Notes under the pieces: model-generated
Databases searched by the model: none
What the model saw: only the letters and a program-made list of their open reading frames with translations
What the model was told of the DNA's origin: nothing
Translations under genes and position numbers: made by a program
Assembly: GCA_951406725.2 (NCBI GenBank)
Contig: OX597827.1
Span: 13,950,001-14,014,000 of the forward strand
DNA length: 64,000 nt
Origin: Octopus vulgaris
Lineage: Eukaryota
Direction of reading: 5' to 3'
In this document: positions 1 through 14,275 of the stretch, one piece after another
How positions within the stretch are numbered: the first letter of the stretch is position 1
Layout of the letters: every line of letters starts with the position of its first letter

Positions 1-100
1 AGATGGCTGATCCCCCTTATGTTATATATATATATATATAAAATAGTGTACATTTAAAATAAGAGAAAACTGAAGTATATACACACACACATACATACAT

Positions 101-208
<108 letters not shown>

Positions 209-399
209 TTATTATTCTCAAACAAGAATAACATTGACAGTGACTGTGAAGTTTCGACCAGCTAAGCCATCATCACACTGTTGTGAGTGCTTATGCATAT
301 ACATATGTCTGTGTGTATGTGTGTGTGTATGTGTGTGTGTGCATATATGCGTGTGCACGTGTGTGTGCATGTGCGTCTGTGTGTATTTTTCTGCCTGTG

Positions 400-582
400 T
401 TTGTCTCTCACCATCACTTGACAATCAGTGTAGTTTAGTGATTCAGCAAGACATACCAACAGAATAAATATCAGGCTTAAAAAAATTAAGTACTGAGGTC
501 AATTCACTTGACTAAAGTCCTTCAAGACAGCACTCCAGCATGGCCACAGCCCAACGACTGGAAGACGCTGAAAATAAAAGGA
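400..582 (+). mobile_element. Degenerate 3' half of SINE family A
   Basis: Matches the family A tail (cttgacaa...aagtactgaggtc...ctccagcatggccacag...aaaataaaag). Confidence 0.6.
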
Positions 583-1105
583 TGACTAAATTTATGGTGA
601 GTGAACTTACGGTGGTCATTTACGACCAAGCAAAACAACATCTGATTCCATCTCGGTTATGAGATCTGGAGAAGGAAGAGAATCTTTAAGAACGGTGATA
701 AATATGGCAATTTCCAAAGAACAAGGACAATGTAAAAATGCGTTCTTGGACATTAGATTGTGGTTGATGATGTGCTGGTAAAAAAAAATAGATGGTGGGA
801 GAGCAAAGGCCAGAGAAATTGGGAATGTGAGACATAATAATGAAAAAAGAAGCAACAAAGAAAAAAAGGTAGGACAAAAAAAATAAAAATAAATGGTATG
901 AAAGGGAGTATGAAAGCATGAAAAAGATAAATTGAGTGAGAGAGATAAGTTGATAGAGGAGATGTGAAGGCAATATTGGGTAAGTGCAGGGTGGGTGGGT
1001 AAGAGGCAAAACAAATCAGAAAAAAAAAGAAAGAAAAAGGGACTGAAAGCAAAGAAAGGAATCAATATAGAAGTATCTGTACATACATACATATATACAT
1101 ACATA

Positions 1106-1149
<44 letters not shown>

Positions 1150-1329
1150 CACACACATATATATATATATATATGTATATAAGTATATTAGTATACATAT
1201 ATATGTGTGTATATAAATATATATATATATATACATATATGTATGTGTGCATGTATGTATGCAAGTATGTGTTTATGTACATCTCTATATAAATATATAT
1301 ATATACAAGTATATATATATATACATATG

Positions 1330-1390
<61 letters not shown>

Positions 1391-1418
1391 GTATATGTAC
1401 ATGTGTATTTATATATTT

Positions 1419-1452
<34 letters not shown>

Positions 1453-2019
1453 GAATAAAGAGCTCAAAAGATAAAGTTATAGAGTGAAAGAGGGAAGAAT
1501 GAGAGAAGTGAGAGAAAAAGGGACACAGCAAAAAGAAAAAGAAAAACAATTCCTCCACCCCATCCCAAAAAAAAACAAAAAAAAACAGAAAAGAATTTTT
1601 GTAACTGGGGAAAGAGAGAGTATGAGATTATAAGATAGATGGGAACAGAATCAGGAAACCAAAAAAAGAAAAAAAAAAATACAGGGAGACACAAGAAAAG
1701 AGAAAAAAAAAGGGAAAAATTTCCTGGCTTCATTTTTTTTGTTTTTTTATTTTTTACAGATGGACAAGAAGAGAAAGAGAAAGTGAAAGTAAAAGAGAAT
1801 GAGAGAAAAATACGATAGACGGAAGTAAGAAGGAAAAGGAAAAAAAATATGGAAAGAAAAGAGAGGGAACAAAAGAGCAAAAGAATGACCAAGAAGGAGA
1901 AAGAAAGGACAGGAAGTAGAGGGAGATGAGAGAGTCCTGTTGTTCCCTTCCAATTGGACATTGGACAGATTGATTTGATGTTTCCAATTGTGTTGGACTT
2001 GGACAGAGAGTTTCAATCT

Positions 2020-2765
2020 ATATAATGAGTAGTAGTGGTGTGTAGGGGCAATAGATGCAAAGATGATGTTGTTGTTGTTGCTGTGGTTGTGGTGGTGGTG
2101 GTGGTGGTGGTGGTGGATATAGTAATAGTAATATATATGGTGGTGATGATGTTAGGGATGGTAGTGGTTATTGGTGGTTGTAGTGGTGTTGTGGTGGTGG
2201 TGGTAGTGGTGGTTATGGTGATGATAGTATTGGGAATGGTAGTGGCTATTGGTGGTTGTAGTGGTGGTAGTGCTGGTGGTGGTGGTGGTGATGGTGGTGG
2301 TGGTGATGTTGCTGGAAATGGTTGTGATAATGATGGCGGTGGTGGTGGTAGTGGTGATGATGATAATGTTGGTGATGGTGATGGTGACGATGGTAGAGGT
2401 GGTGGTGATGATGAAGATGATGATGATGATGGTAACAGTATCAGTAGTTGGTAGTGGCAGTGGTAGAGGTGATGATGATGATGGTAATAGTGGTAGTAGT
2501 GGTGGTGGTGGTGATGATGATGATGACAATGGTGGTGTTCATAGGTACAGCGGAGGTGGTAGTAGTACAAGATGAAGATAGCAGTGGTGTAAATTGAGAT
2601 TGTGATGCTGGACTACTTAAAATGCAAATTGTTGCAGTACCAGTGGTAGTGCTCCTATAAGTGGTGGTGGTGGTGGTGGCAGCAGTGGTGGTGGTGGTGG
2701 TGGTAGTGGTGGTGTCAGCAAGAGTATTTCTAGTAATGGTGTAACTGAAGATTGTGGTCAAGATA

Positions 2766-2819
<54 letters not shown>

Positions 2820-3023
2820 GTGATGAGGATGATGATAAGGAGGAAGGTGATGACACCTATAATGAGGGTAATTGCAACGCAATCTACAACAACAATAACG
2901 ATGAAAGTTAAGGTAGCTGTGGCAGTGGTTTGTGAGGATGGTGGTGGTGGTGGTGGTAGTGGTGGTGGTGGTTGTAGTGGTGATAGTTGTGAGTGTGGTG
3001 TTAATAATAATTTCAAGAATAAA

Positions 3024-3065
<42 letters not shown>

Positions 3066-3418
3066 ATCGATGATGGTGATGATGATGCTGATGGGGATGA
3101 TGATAAAGATAGTGGTGGTGATGATGATGATGATGATGGTGGTGGTTGTAGTAGTGATGATGATGGTGGTGGTGGTAGTGATGATGACGGTGGTAGCAGT
3201 TTTGGTGATCATGATGATGATGATGATGATGATGATAATGGTGATGATGATGATGATGATGATGATGACAGAGTAGAAGTTGTTGCTGTTGTTGCTGGTG
3301 GTGGTAGTGGTGCTGGTGCTTGTGTTGGTGGTGATGATGATGATGATGATGACAGAGTAGTAGTTGCTGTTGTTGTTGTTGTTGTTGCTGGTGGTGGTAG
3401 TGGTGTTGGTGATGGAGG

Positions 3419-3454
<36 letters not shown>

Positions 3455-3570
3455 CAATGGCGGCAACGAGGAGGAGGAGGATGACGAAGATAATTCTGAT
3501 GTCAATGATGTTGATATTGATGCTGATGTTGATGCTGATGTTGATGCTGATGCTGATGTTGACAAGAGAA
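2020..3570. repeat. Compound trinucleotide low-complexity tract (GGT/GAT/GTT)n
   Basis: Direct reading; it generates the poly-V/D/M/T ORFs in the track. Confidence 0.95.
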
Positions 3571-3814
3571 ATAATAAAAAAAAAAACCCCGAAAGAGTGC
3601 AGAACAACATGCTGTGTTGCTTGCTTTATGGAAGAGAGGAAAAGATGCCTGATTTCTGGATACAGTCTTAACTATTACTATTCAACCGATGCCATCTCTG
3701 TGGGTAGTACCACACAGATATGAGAAGTTCGATCTAAGACATTCGAAACTGACTGAATAGCATTAATTTATTCATGAAATAACAATGAGAATGGAAGATC
3801 AAATTGTTAATCAA

Positions 3815-3938
3815 ATTATTATTATTATCATCTTTATTATCATTATCATTATTATTATTGTTATTGTTGTTATTATTGTTGTTGTTGTTGTTGTTGTTAT
3901 CATCATCATCATCATCATCATTATTATTATTATTATTA

Positions 3939-3990
<52 letters not shown>

Positions 3991-4166
3991 CATTATTATT
4001 ATTATTATTATTACTATTACTATTATTATTATTATTATTATTTGTATCATCACCTTCATTATTATTATTATTATTACTATTATTATTATTATTATTATTA
4101 TTTGTATCATCACTTTCATTATTATTATTATTATTATCATTATTATTATTATTATTATCATTATTA

Positions 4167-4203
<37 letters not shown>

Positions 4204-4205
4204 TA
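3815..4205. repeat. (ATT/ATC)n microsatellite
   Basis: Direct reading. Confidence 0.95.
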
Positions 4206-4657
4206 CTCTTCTTCATCTTTTTCTCCCTTTTCTACTTTGTCATATTCTTCTTTTCCTTCTCCCCCCACCCACCCCAGGATAGCGTTCATTTTCTATTTTA
4301 TCATACTATTCGAATCTAAGATTCCATACAGAAAATATCAAATTGGCTCCAGTGCCTGACGTGTACTTTATTTTATTGACCGCGGAAGGAGGAAAAATGA
4401 AGTTGCTCTCTGTCAATATTATAACCATGTCATTTTGAAAAAACAAACATTTATCTATTTATTTATTTATTTATTTATTGCCAGTTCCAGTTTCCATCGA
4501 GGAAAGAGGATGAGAGTCATCTGAAGGATGAGGTGTTATACTGTACAGTATTGCAGACAAAGGAAACGGTGAGATAAGGTGAATGTTGTCAGTATAATAA
4601 GAAGAAGGAACAACCAATCAGTATTTTTGGCAGAAAAATTAAAACTTTACAAAATAA

Positions 4658-4929
4658 CTCTTTACTCTTTTACTTGTTTCAGTCATTTGACTGTGGCCAT
4701 GCTGGAGCACCGCCTTTTTAGGCGAGCAAATCGACCCCAGGACTTATTCTTTGTAAGGCCCAGTACTTATTCTATCGGTCTCTTTTGCCGAACCGCTAAG
4801 TTACGGGGACATAAACACACCAGCATCGTTGGGGGGACAAACACAGACACACATACATACATAGATACACACATACATACACACATACATACATACATAC
4901 ATACATACATACATACATACATACATACA

Positions 4930-4965
<36 letters not shown>

Positions 4966-5297
4966 TATATATAGGGAGAGTTTATGAAAAAAACAAAAGA
5001 CAAAGACAGGTGGTGTACAAAACAAACAGACGTATTAATATAATGCTCAGGAATAGAAAAAGTCTTTTACGTTTCGAGCCTATGCTCTTTTACAGAAAGA
5101 GACACAGAAAAAACAAGGAGACATACATATACATATATTTGATGGGCTTCTTTCAGTTTCCACTTACCAAATCCACTCACAAGGCTTTGGTCAGCCCGAG
5201 GCTATATTAGAAGACACTTACCCAAGGAGCCATGCAGTGGGACTGAACCTGGAACCATGTGGTTTGTAAGCAAGCTACTTACCACACAGCCACTTCT
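4658..5297 (-). mobile_element. SINE family A copy, interrupted in its internal microsatellite by a hammerhead-bearing insert
   Basis: Reverse complement of the family A consensus; foreign segment at about 4975-5120. Confidence 0.85.
5063..5100 (-). ncRNA. Decayed minimal hammerhead ribozyme motif
   Basis: Minus strand tcttt-CTGTAAA-a-gagc(atag)gctc-GAAAC-GTA-aaaga: stem I, stem II and GAAA are present; the core is mutated. Confidence 0.55.
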
Positions 5298-5954
5298 ACA
5301 TCGATAAATTTCCATTCTACTAACCACATTCTATGCACAAGGCTCCAATAAATCTGAAGTCGTTGTAGAAGATATTGTGGTACTGAACCTAGAACTCAGT
5401 GGTTGCAAAGCCATACATTTACCCACAGATCTATATATTTCATTATTTATTTATATATTTTTTTTAAAATTTATTTTTCTTTTACATTTCATTTTTTTTA
5501 TTGCTTTCAGTCACTGGACTGCAGCCATGCTGGAACACCACTTTAAAGGGTTTTAGTCGAACGAATCAACCTTGGTTTCATTTTTGGCAACCTGCTAAGC
5601 CATGGGGACATAAACAAACCAACACCAGTTGTCAAGTTGTGGCGAGTGACCAAACACAAGTACAAAGACACACACATAGATATATGCATTCATACATACA
5701 TAGACAGTCAGACAGACAGACAGACACACACACACACATTCTATAATCTTCTTTCAGTTTCCAGTCCACTCACAGAGCTTTGGTAGGCCCAAGACTATCA
5801 TGAGAATCCTGAACCATGTGGCATGGAAGCAAGCTACTTACCACACAGTTCTATGTTTACTTATTTCACATTCAGTCTCATTTCCAATGAGCTAATCATT
5901 GTTTCATAGTATTTACAATGACATGACAGCCAACGAAATATTTGAGCCATGAAA

Positions 5955-6169
5955 GGCAGGGGAGCTGGCAGAAATGTTAGCACACCGGGTGAAATGCTTA
6001 GCAGTATTTCGTCTGTCTTTACGTTCTGAGTTCAAATTCCACCGAGGTCCACTTTGCCTTTCTTCCTTTCAGGATCAATAAATTAAGTACCAGTTGTGTA
6101 CTGGGGGTGTTCTAATCGACTGACCCCCACCTCCTAAAGCTTTTGGGCCTTGTGTCTAGAGCAGAAAAG
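5955..6169 (+). mobile_element. SINE family B (tRNA-like head, gcctttcatcctttcggggtcgataaa core)
   Basis: Family consensus; 16-bp TSD aatatttg(a/t)gccatga at 5937-5952 and 6170-6185. Confidence 0.85.
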
Positions 6170-6402
6170 AATATTTGTGCCATGAGTTACTGTTGCTGTT
6201 GAAACCTAAATCAGTCCTGATCTAGCAAATGTATGATCAAAGGAATTCCAACCATGACCATCCTGTTTTTTTTTTTTTTTGTTTTCTTATGAACAAGGAA
6301 CCTATTGCCTCATTATCCAATGTGTTCTTTTTAAAAGATTGTAGGATGTGATCAGAAGGAGATTTGGCTGCTATTTCTAGAAAGATGTGTGATCATGTAG
6401 AG

Positions 6403-6655
6403 CAGTAGTTCCCAATATTTTTTGCCAATGGACCCCTTTGATTTCTCCCTTACTCTACTGGACCTCCATAGCTATTCGATGCATATAAAAGAATCCTATT
6501 GTATTTTTATAATTAAATATCACTGAGAATTGTATTAAAAAACTGTTAAAATTGTGTATTGTAGAAGTAGGAACAATTTATTGTGCATAAATTTTAACAA
6601 CAAAACCTTATATGGATCCCCCAAGGGTCATAAGGACCCCGCTTGGGAACTTCTA
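6403..6655. mobile_element. hAT-like MITE
   Basis: TIR cagtagttcccaa / ttgggaacttcta; imperfect 8-bp TSD atgtagag/atgttaag. Confidence 0.65.
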
Positions 6656-7296
6656 ATGTTAAGATTTCCTCATTGTCTCATAAATGGTCAGCAAAACAAA
6701 TGATGTCTTATTTTGTTGTAGTGCCTATATAGTGGCGGTGAATATAATGGTGGGGGTTAATGTAAACATTCTTTTCTTAGTCCTATCATCATCATCATCA
6801 TTAGAGAGGGAGACAGACAGACAGACAAGCAGGCAGATAGACAAATGGTTTTACTTGTTTGGTACAATATTTATTGCTCTTTGAGGGTTGTAAAGCAAAC
6901 ATGATGTTGTTGTGCTCCTGAGATTCTCCCAACTCTACCTCCCGATATGCTGATGCTCCCTTATTCTTTATAATTCTTTTAATGTTTACTTTTCTCATCA
7001 CAAGAGAGGATAGATCTTTCTACATTGTTACACTGTAATGTAAGCAGAAAAATCTATTATAAGTTGAAAGAAAGATAGTTTTTAGTGGATTGTGAACAAC
7101 AGATTCGGTAATATCTGATGATGTCATACATAGGCTGATGGTGAGATTTTTTATCAACATTGTCTATATTGAGAATTCCTCTCCTGAGGCAATCACTACA
7201 GAGAGGGCTTTCCATATTTTGTGTGTAAACACACATATTAAATATAATTGGATACATCTATATATATATAGAGAGAGATAGAAATAGGTATATATG

Positions 7297-7337
<41 letters not shown>

Positions 7338-7358
7338 ATATGTATTTATGTGTATGTA

Positions 7359-7389
<31 letters not shown>

Positions 7390-7402
7390 TTATGTGTGTG
7401 TG

Positions 7403-7451
<49 letters not shown>

Positions 7452-7452
7452 T

Positions 7453-7484
<32 letters not shown>

Positions 7485-7717
7485 CATACATACATATATA
7501 TATGTGTGTGTGTGTATATATATATATCACGTGATCACGTGACCGACCAGACCATCAGATGTTACTCATTGCTGGTCACCAAATGCGTTCGCATTGTTTT
7601 AGCCTTCGAATGACACCACCCCGCTGGCTAAGCTCTGTGGGAAATATATATATATATGTATATATATATATGTATATATACATATGTACAAATACATATA
7701 CACATATACATATATGG

Positions 7718-8075
7718 GGCACTCTCTTTGTTACGATGACGAGGGTTTTAGTTGATCCAATCAACAGAACAGCCTGCTCATGAAATTAATGGGCAAGTGG
7801 CTGAGCACTCCACAGACATGGGAAGATTCAGTGTGACACTGAGTGTGACAAGGCTGGCCCTTTGAAATACAGGCACGTGAGAAACAGGAAGGAAGAGTGA
7901 GTGAAAGTTGTGGTGAAAGAATAGAGCAGAGTTCACTACCACCCCTTGCTGGAGCCTCATGGAACTTTCGGTGTTTTTGCTCAATAAACACTCACAAGAC
8001 CCGGTCTGGGAATCGAAACCACGATCCTATGACCGTGAGTCTGATGCCATAACTACTGGGCCATTGCACCTCCAC
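7718..8075 (-). mobile_element. SINE family C (tRNA-derived head)
   Basis: Reverse complement of the copy at 11242-11624. Confidence 0.8.
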
Positions 8076-8097
8076 AAATATATACACACACACACAC

Positions 8098-8146
<49 letters not shown>

Positions 8147-8271
8147 CATATATATATATATACATATATAAATACATACATATATACACACATATACATA
8201 TATAAATACATACATATATATATATATTTATATATGTATATGTATATATATATATATTATATGTATGTATG

Positions 8272-8309
<38 letters not shown>

Positions 8310-8395
8310 TACATGGATATCATTTATATATATATATATATATACACATATGTACATATAGATGTGTGTGTGTGTATGTATATATATATATATAA

Positions 8396-8433
<38 letters not shown>

Positions 8434-8521
8434 ATACATATATACATTTACACACTCACATATATACCTATGTATTCATTATTTTTATAGATGTAGATAG
8501 GTAGACAGATATAGCTATATA

Positions 8522-8573
<52 letters not shown>

Positions 8574-9173
8574 TTGTATACCTATATATCTATATATATG
8601 TATACATGCATGTGTGTTTATATGCACATAGGCATACACATACACATACACACACACATACATACATAGATGATCATTGAACCACTTACGTAGTAACCAT
8701 TAACACTAACATTTCTCTCAAGCATCTGGGTTATGGCACAACTTTGGAGAGAAACTGTTATATTGTTGCAATGGAGATTGCTTGATTTGAATCATGTGAA
8801 CAGCTCAATGGAATGTAACCAATGTAGAAAGCTCAGCAGAATGTTCCATATTCTATGGAAATCTAAGTCATAGATTACATTTTACTGATTTTCTCTGGCA
8901 TTCTATCTCTGTTATTTTTCAAACTACCAAATCTCGTTACTATTATTATTGCCTATTTATTTTTATCTCGCTTATTTGATTTAGCCATGTGAAGCCTAAA
9001 GACTTGCTGTCAGCAGCCTCCATATCCTACACCAAACTCTGCGACAAATCACATGATATCATTCAGTTCTTTATTATTTACTCGTCCTAACAAAATCTCT
9101 GCATACTGTGGTCAATTGCATTTACATATATATATATATATACATACATAGATACGTACATACATATATATGT

Positions 9174-9214
<41 letters not shown>

Positions 9215-9294
9215 TACATAAATATATATATGAATGTATGTGTATGTATATATATATATATACACATATACATAAATACATATATGAATGTATG

Positions 9295-9329
<35 letters not shown>

Positions 9330-10361
9330 GAACACAGGTATATATGCATAAATATACATATATTTTTACACACATATCCAGAAGTGTATATCTATATGTA
9401 TTTATATTTATTTATTAATATATTTATATAATATATATACACACTCAAATGCACTTATATATATATATATATGGATATATATTTATGCATATATATATAT
9501 ATATATATAAACACACACACACATTCAGATATGTATATGTATTTGTGTTTATGTATGTGTTTGTGTACATGTGCGCATGTTTGTGTGTGTGTGCATGTGT
9601 GTGTGTGTGTTTGTGTTTCTATACCATGTTCATTTACGTAGATTTATATAGATATGTTTGAATGCGTAATTAGATATTTATTCTCCATTCACATCCAGCT
9701 CTCACTCACTCTCTATATATATATTTATGTGTGTGTAGGCGTATGTGAGTGTACGTGTATATGTATGTTTATATGTGAATACATCTATATATATGTGTGC
9801 ATGTGTACATTATATATATACACACACATATACATATATATGTGTAGATATATATATATATATGTTTGTATAATTATGTATATGTGTGTGTGTATATATA
9901 TGTGTGTGTATATATGTATGTATGCATGTATGTATGCATAAGTGCATGCGTTTGTTTTTCTCCAGCTCACTTCAATTGAAATGTGCAATGGTTTATGTCT
10001 AGCAGTGCCCATAATAGTCTTGAAGATTTGAGACAAACATTGCTTTAAATTAATTTAATTAGAATTTAAATTACATTAATTATTGACGTACGTAAATTAA
10101 ATAATTATGGAATTAATGATGCTTATTTGTAATGAAACAGCTGTTGAATTAATTAAATTATGAACTATGTGTAATATTTATGCTTTTCTGCTTTTTTTGT
10201 CTAAATATATACGTTGCTCTGAAGAATCACTTTAGCACTTAATGTACACACATGCAAGATTTTCTGCCTGGATTTACTACAAGGCTATAGTGTATTGGAG
10301 TTTAATGAGTAATTATTGAGCTCTTACTAATTGTGGACATTATTTTTGATGCTTTATGCAG

Positions 10362-10443
<82 letters not shown>

Positions 10444-10495
10444 ATCTATCTATCTGTCTAATCTATCTATCAATCCGTCTAATCTATCTATCAAT

Positions 10496-10590
<95 letters not shown>

Positions 10591-10596
10591 ACTATT

Positions 10597-10627
<31 letters not shown>

Positions 10628-10734
10628 TTATCTAGATAGATAGATAGATAGGTAGGTAGGTATGTAGGTAGGTAGGTATGTTGGTAGATAGGTAGATAGA
10701 TAAGTAGATAGGTAGATAGATAAGTAGATACGTT

Positions 10735-10822
<88 letters not shown>
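10362..10822. repeat. (TATC)n abutting (GATA)n: inverted tetranucleotide microsatellite
   Basis: Orientation switches at ...tatctagata... near 10633. Confidence 0.9.
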
Positions 10823-10823
<1 letters not shown>

Positions 10824-10879
10824 CAATATACAGTTTATAAGGAATCTAATAAAACAATAAAGAGTAAAAGTATGTCGAA

Positions 10880-12165
10880 GAATATGGAGAGGATTATAAA
10901 AGTTCACAGTTCATCTTTTTCCAGATGGTATGGAGGTTGGTCCATACTTTGAAATCTCTAAATGTCTGTCCATTCAGAGGATACTTAAGCTTCCAGACCC
11001 GTCATTTCCATACTGGCCATCTTCTGGGCAGTCATTTAGTCCTGATCCTGAAGTTACTAACAACCAGCCTATGTCGTAGGATGCATTCTTCACCTGGGGA
11101 GGTTTTGGCATTTATAAGCAGTCTTCTTTCTCATTTCTTGGTGAAAATGTAATCAATCTGACTAGTATACACACCAGACTGGTAGGTGAACAGGTGACTG
11201 GCAGGTTTCCTGAAGTTAGTACTACAGCTCATATGATCATTGGAGGCGCAATGGCCCAGTGGTTAGGGCAGCGGACTCGCGGTCATAGGATCGTGGTTTC
11301 GATTCCCAGACCGGGTGTTGTGAGTGTTTGTTGAGCGAAAACACCTAAAAACTCCACGAGGCTCCGGCAGGGGATGGTGGTGATCCCTGCTGTACTCTTT
11401 CACCACAACTTTCTCTCACTCTTACTTCCTGTTTCTGTTGTACCTGTATTTCAAGGGGCCGGCCTTGTCACTCTCTGTGTCACACTGAATATCCCCGAGA
11501 ACTACGGTAAGGGTACACGTGTCTGTGGAGTGCTCAGCCACTTACACGTTAATTTCACGAGCAGGCTGTTCCGTTGATTCGGATCAACCGGAACCCTCGT
11601 CGTCGTAACCGACGGAGTGCTTCCATGATCATTTGCATCACAGAACTCCAGGAGCCTAGACCAAATCCGTTGCCACCATGCACACCATGGAAGCTCCCTG
11701 GATGTTGTCAAAAAGGCCCATTGAAGTCACCAGCCACAAATAGAAAGGCCCTGTCATTCGTCGGTGAGGTAGTCTGCAAGAGGGTGTCATAAAATCAGTC
11801 TTTCTGTTGTTCATCAGGTAGACCTGGCTGAAGAGCATAGGCCAAGATAATGGTTGCTAATCCATGTTGCAGCAATAGTCTAAGCTTAAGTATTCTATCA
11901 CAGATTCTGACTAATTCTTTTACCTTATCATCCTATTTCTCAGCAAGGAATATATCTGTGCCCCCAACTCAATCACTGTTCCCTACCCAGAATATCTTAT
12001 ACCTATGTTCTTTCCCCGTGAGGAACCTAGCAGAACTTCCACTCCACCTTAGCTGTTGGATGCAACACAAGTCTACACACCACTATTCAAGCATCTCAAC
12101 AATCTCACCAGACCTACCTTTCAATTTGCCAACATCAAGTGTGTCAACTCTGAGGGTGGTGAGCC
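10880..12165 (-). pseudogene. Decayed RTE-clade LINE, APE endonuclease region
   Basis: Minus-strand translation with stops and frameshifts: TLRVDTLDVGKLKGRSGEIVEMLE*WCVDLCCIQQLRW ... VAGDFN ... RLLEFC ... HLFTYQSG ... SQIDY ... HRLVV. It is interrupted by SINE C. Confidence 0.85.
11242..11624 (+). mobile_element. SINE family C, full length
   Basis: A-box tggcccagtgg, B-box-like gtttcgattccc; 9-bp TSD atgatcatt at 11233-11241 and 11625-11633. Confidence 0.9.
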
Positions 12166-12239
12166 AGTGAGACCCAAGGATTAAGGATAGCATTTTGTAT
12201 CTGAGAAGAAATCTCACATACACATTTGGTTGACATTGT

Positions 12240-12547
12240 TTGTTGTTTGTTCCTTTTCAAGCCATGCCTGGCTCATAAGGGCTGGTTTCCCGGTTTCTTG
12301 GCATATAGGTTCCCCACCTGGGCGGGACGCCGGTCCATCGCAGGTGAGCTGCAAGATGCAGGAGGAAAGAGTGAGAGAAATTTGTGGCTGAAGAGTCAGC
12401 AGAAGTTTCGCCGTTACCTTCTGCCGAAGTCACATGGAGCTTAGGTGTTTCACTCATAAACACACACACTGTCCAGTCTGAGATTTGAACTCATGATACT
12501 TCGACCGCGAGTCCGCTGCTCTAACCACTAGGCCATGTACCTCCACT
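12240..12547 (-). mobile_element. SINE with a C-type head and a different body/tail (cctgcgatggaccggcgtcccgcccagg, V-domain-like)
   Basis: 16-bp TSD atttggttgacattgt at 12224-12239 and 12548-12563; (AAC)n tail. Confidence 0.85.
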
Positions 12548-12997
12548 ATTTGGTTGACATTGTAAACATACAAATAGGCTTCAACATGCATACACTTCAG
12601 ACTCATTTTATTTGTTTCACAATCACTATGTTTACCAGGAGATAGACACTATATAGGGATGGAAGTAAAGTGAAGTGGGGAGGGAGCGTTCCATATAGGT
12701 AACCATTAGAGGTGCTAGGAGAAAGGCTTCTGGTAGAGTTTAGAAGATAAAGACTTCTGGTACAGGTGGCGGGGTTGGTTTAGAAGGGTGCACTGTGAAT
12801 GATGAAACACTATGGATGCCTTATTCCTTAGCTAAAGGCAATGTAACATATCCACAGACAAATTGAAAGGTGCTAATTGACAATCAACATGAGAAGAAAA
12901 TATAGTTGGTAACAAAAGTGAGATATATGGCAGTGCCCCAGCATGGCCACAGCTTGTGAGCTGAAACTAGATAAAAATTTAAAAATAAATAAATATA

Positions 12998-13330
12998 TGG
13001 ACCCCCTTTGGTCATGACTGACTATGGGATTGCACCTAGAAAGTTACCCTCCAAGGTACAAGTCTGGGGAAGTTTGTTTTTACAGATGATCAGCAGTCGC
13101 CCATGCATACCAAACTCTCCTCTCCACACTACCGATATGATCCAAGGAAGACGAAAAGGCCAATACACCTTGGCACCAGTGACATTCCAGCTCAGCTCTA
13201 CAATTGAGTGGACTGGAACAACGTGAAATAAAGTGTCTTGCTCAAGAACACAACACATAGCCTGGGCTGGGAATTGAACTCATGATTGTCAGCCTGACAC
13301 TCTAACCAATGAGCCATGCAGCATGCACCA
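12998..13330 (-). mobile_element. Older tRNA-derived SINE (family D)
   Basis: Minus strand head catggctcattggttagagtg...gagttcaattccc followed by a cttgagcaagacactt core. Confidence 0.65.
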
Positions 13331-13476
13331 TATATGTATGAATGTATGTATGTATGTATGTATGCATATATACAATTAATCCAAACATGAAAACACAAAG
13401 AGAAAGCACAACAACGTGAGGACGTGGAACATGTGTAGTGTTATTGGATACTCAAGAAAGGAAAGAAAGAAGGAGG

Positions 13477-13511
13477 ATTTAACGTTTCGAGCGGAGCTCT
13501 TTGTCAGAAAT
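13477..13511 (-). ncRNA. Minimal hammerhead ribozyme motif (one core mutation) in a ~210-bp insert (13375-13585)
   Basis: attt-CTGACAA-a-gagc(tcc)gctc-GAAAC-GTT-aaat; palindromic AACGTT stem III. Confidence 0.6.
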
Positions 13512-13587
13512 ATAGAAAAAAGGAAAGATCCAAGGAAGGGAAGATGGAGAAAGAAAATCGCCAATGATACACACACGGTCACATATG

Positions 13588-13622
<35 letters not shown>

Positions 13623-13692
13623 GCATGAATACATACATATAGACGTGTGCATGTGTTTGTGTGTGTGTATATATATATATATACATCTCTTT

Positions 13693-14097
13693 CTCTTTAT
13701 CTTTACTTGTTTCAGTCATTTGACTGTGGCCATGCTGGAGCACCGCCTTTAATCAAGCAACTCGACCCCAGGACTTATTCTTTTGTAAGCCCAGTATTTA
13801 TTCTATCGGTCTCTTTTGCCGAACCGCTAAGTAACAGGGACATACACACACCAGCATCGGTTGTCAAGCAATGCTAGGGGGACAAACACAGACACACAAA
13901 CACACACACATACATATATATATATACATATATACGACAGGCTTCTTTCAGTTTCCGTCTACCAAATCCACTCACAAGGCATTGGTCGGCCCGAGGCTAT
14001 AGCAGAAGACACTTGCCCAAGGTGCCATGCAGTGGGACTGAACCCGGAACCATGTGGTTGGTAAACAAGCTACTTACCACACAGCCATTCCTGCGCC
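13693..14097 (-). mobile_element. SINE family A, full length
   Basis: tRNA-like head (A box tggctgtgtgg, B box ggttcagtccc), ccttgggcaagtgtctt core, internal TA/TG microsatellite, A-rich tail. Confidence 0.9.
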
Positions 14098-14220
14098 TAT
14101 ATATACATACACATACACACACTCACACACTCTACGTATTTGTGTATACATTTATGTTTCTTCCAAGCCATCTCCTTTCCAAATATCTTTCTGTCCGTCC
14201 TGCTCCCGACTCGCTCTCTC

Positions 14221-14275
<55 letters not shown>

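Noticed and set aside
611-776. Minus-strand exon candidate with AG acceptor and GTAAGT donor
   Set aside because: All three frames contain stops; at most a non-coding or UTR exon, which I cannot support.
10111-10150. GAAACAGCTGTT with flanking aatt/gaatt
   Set aside because: The core is too degenerate to call as a feature and could be an E-box in AT-rich DNA; counted only as a partial motif.
11242-11320. tRNA genes at SINE heads
   Set aside because: A and B boxes are present, but there is no complete cloverleaf and each continues into a SINE body with TSDs.
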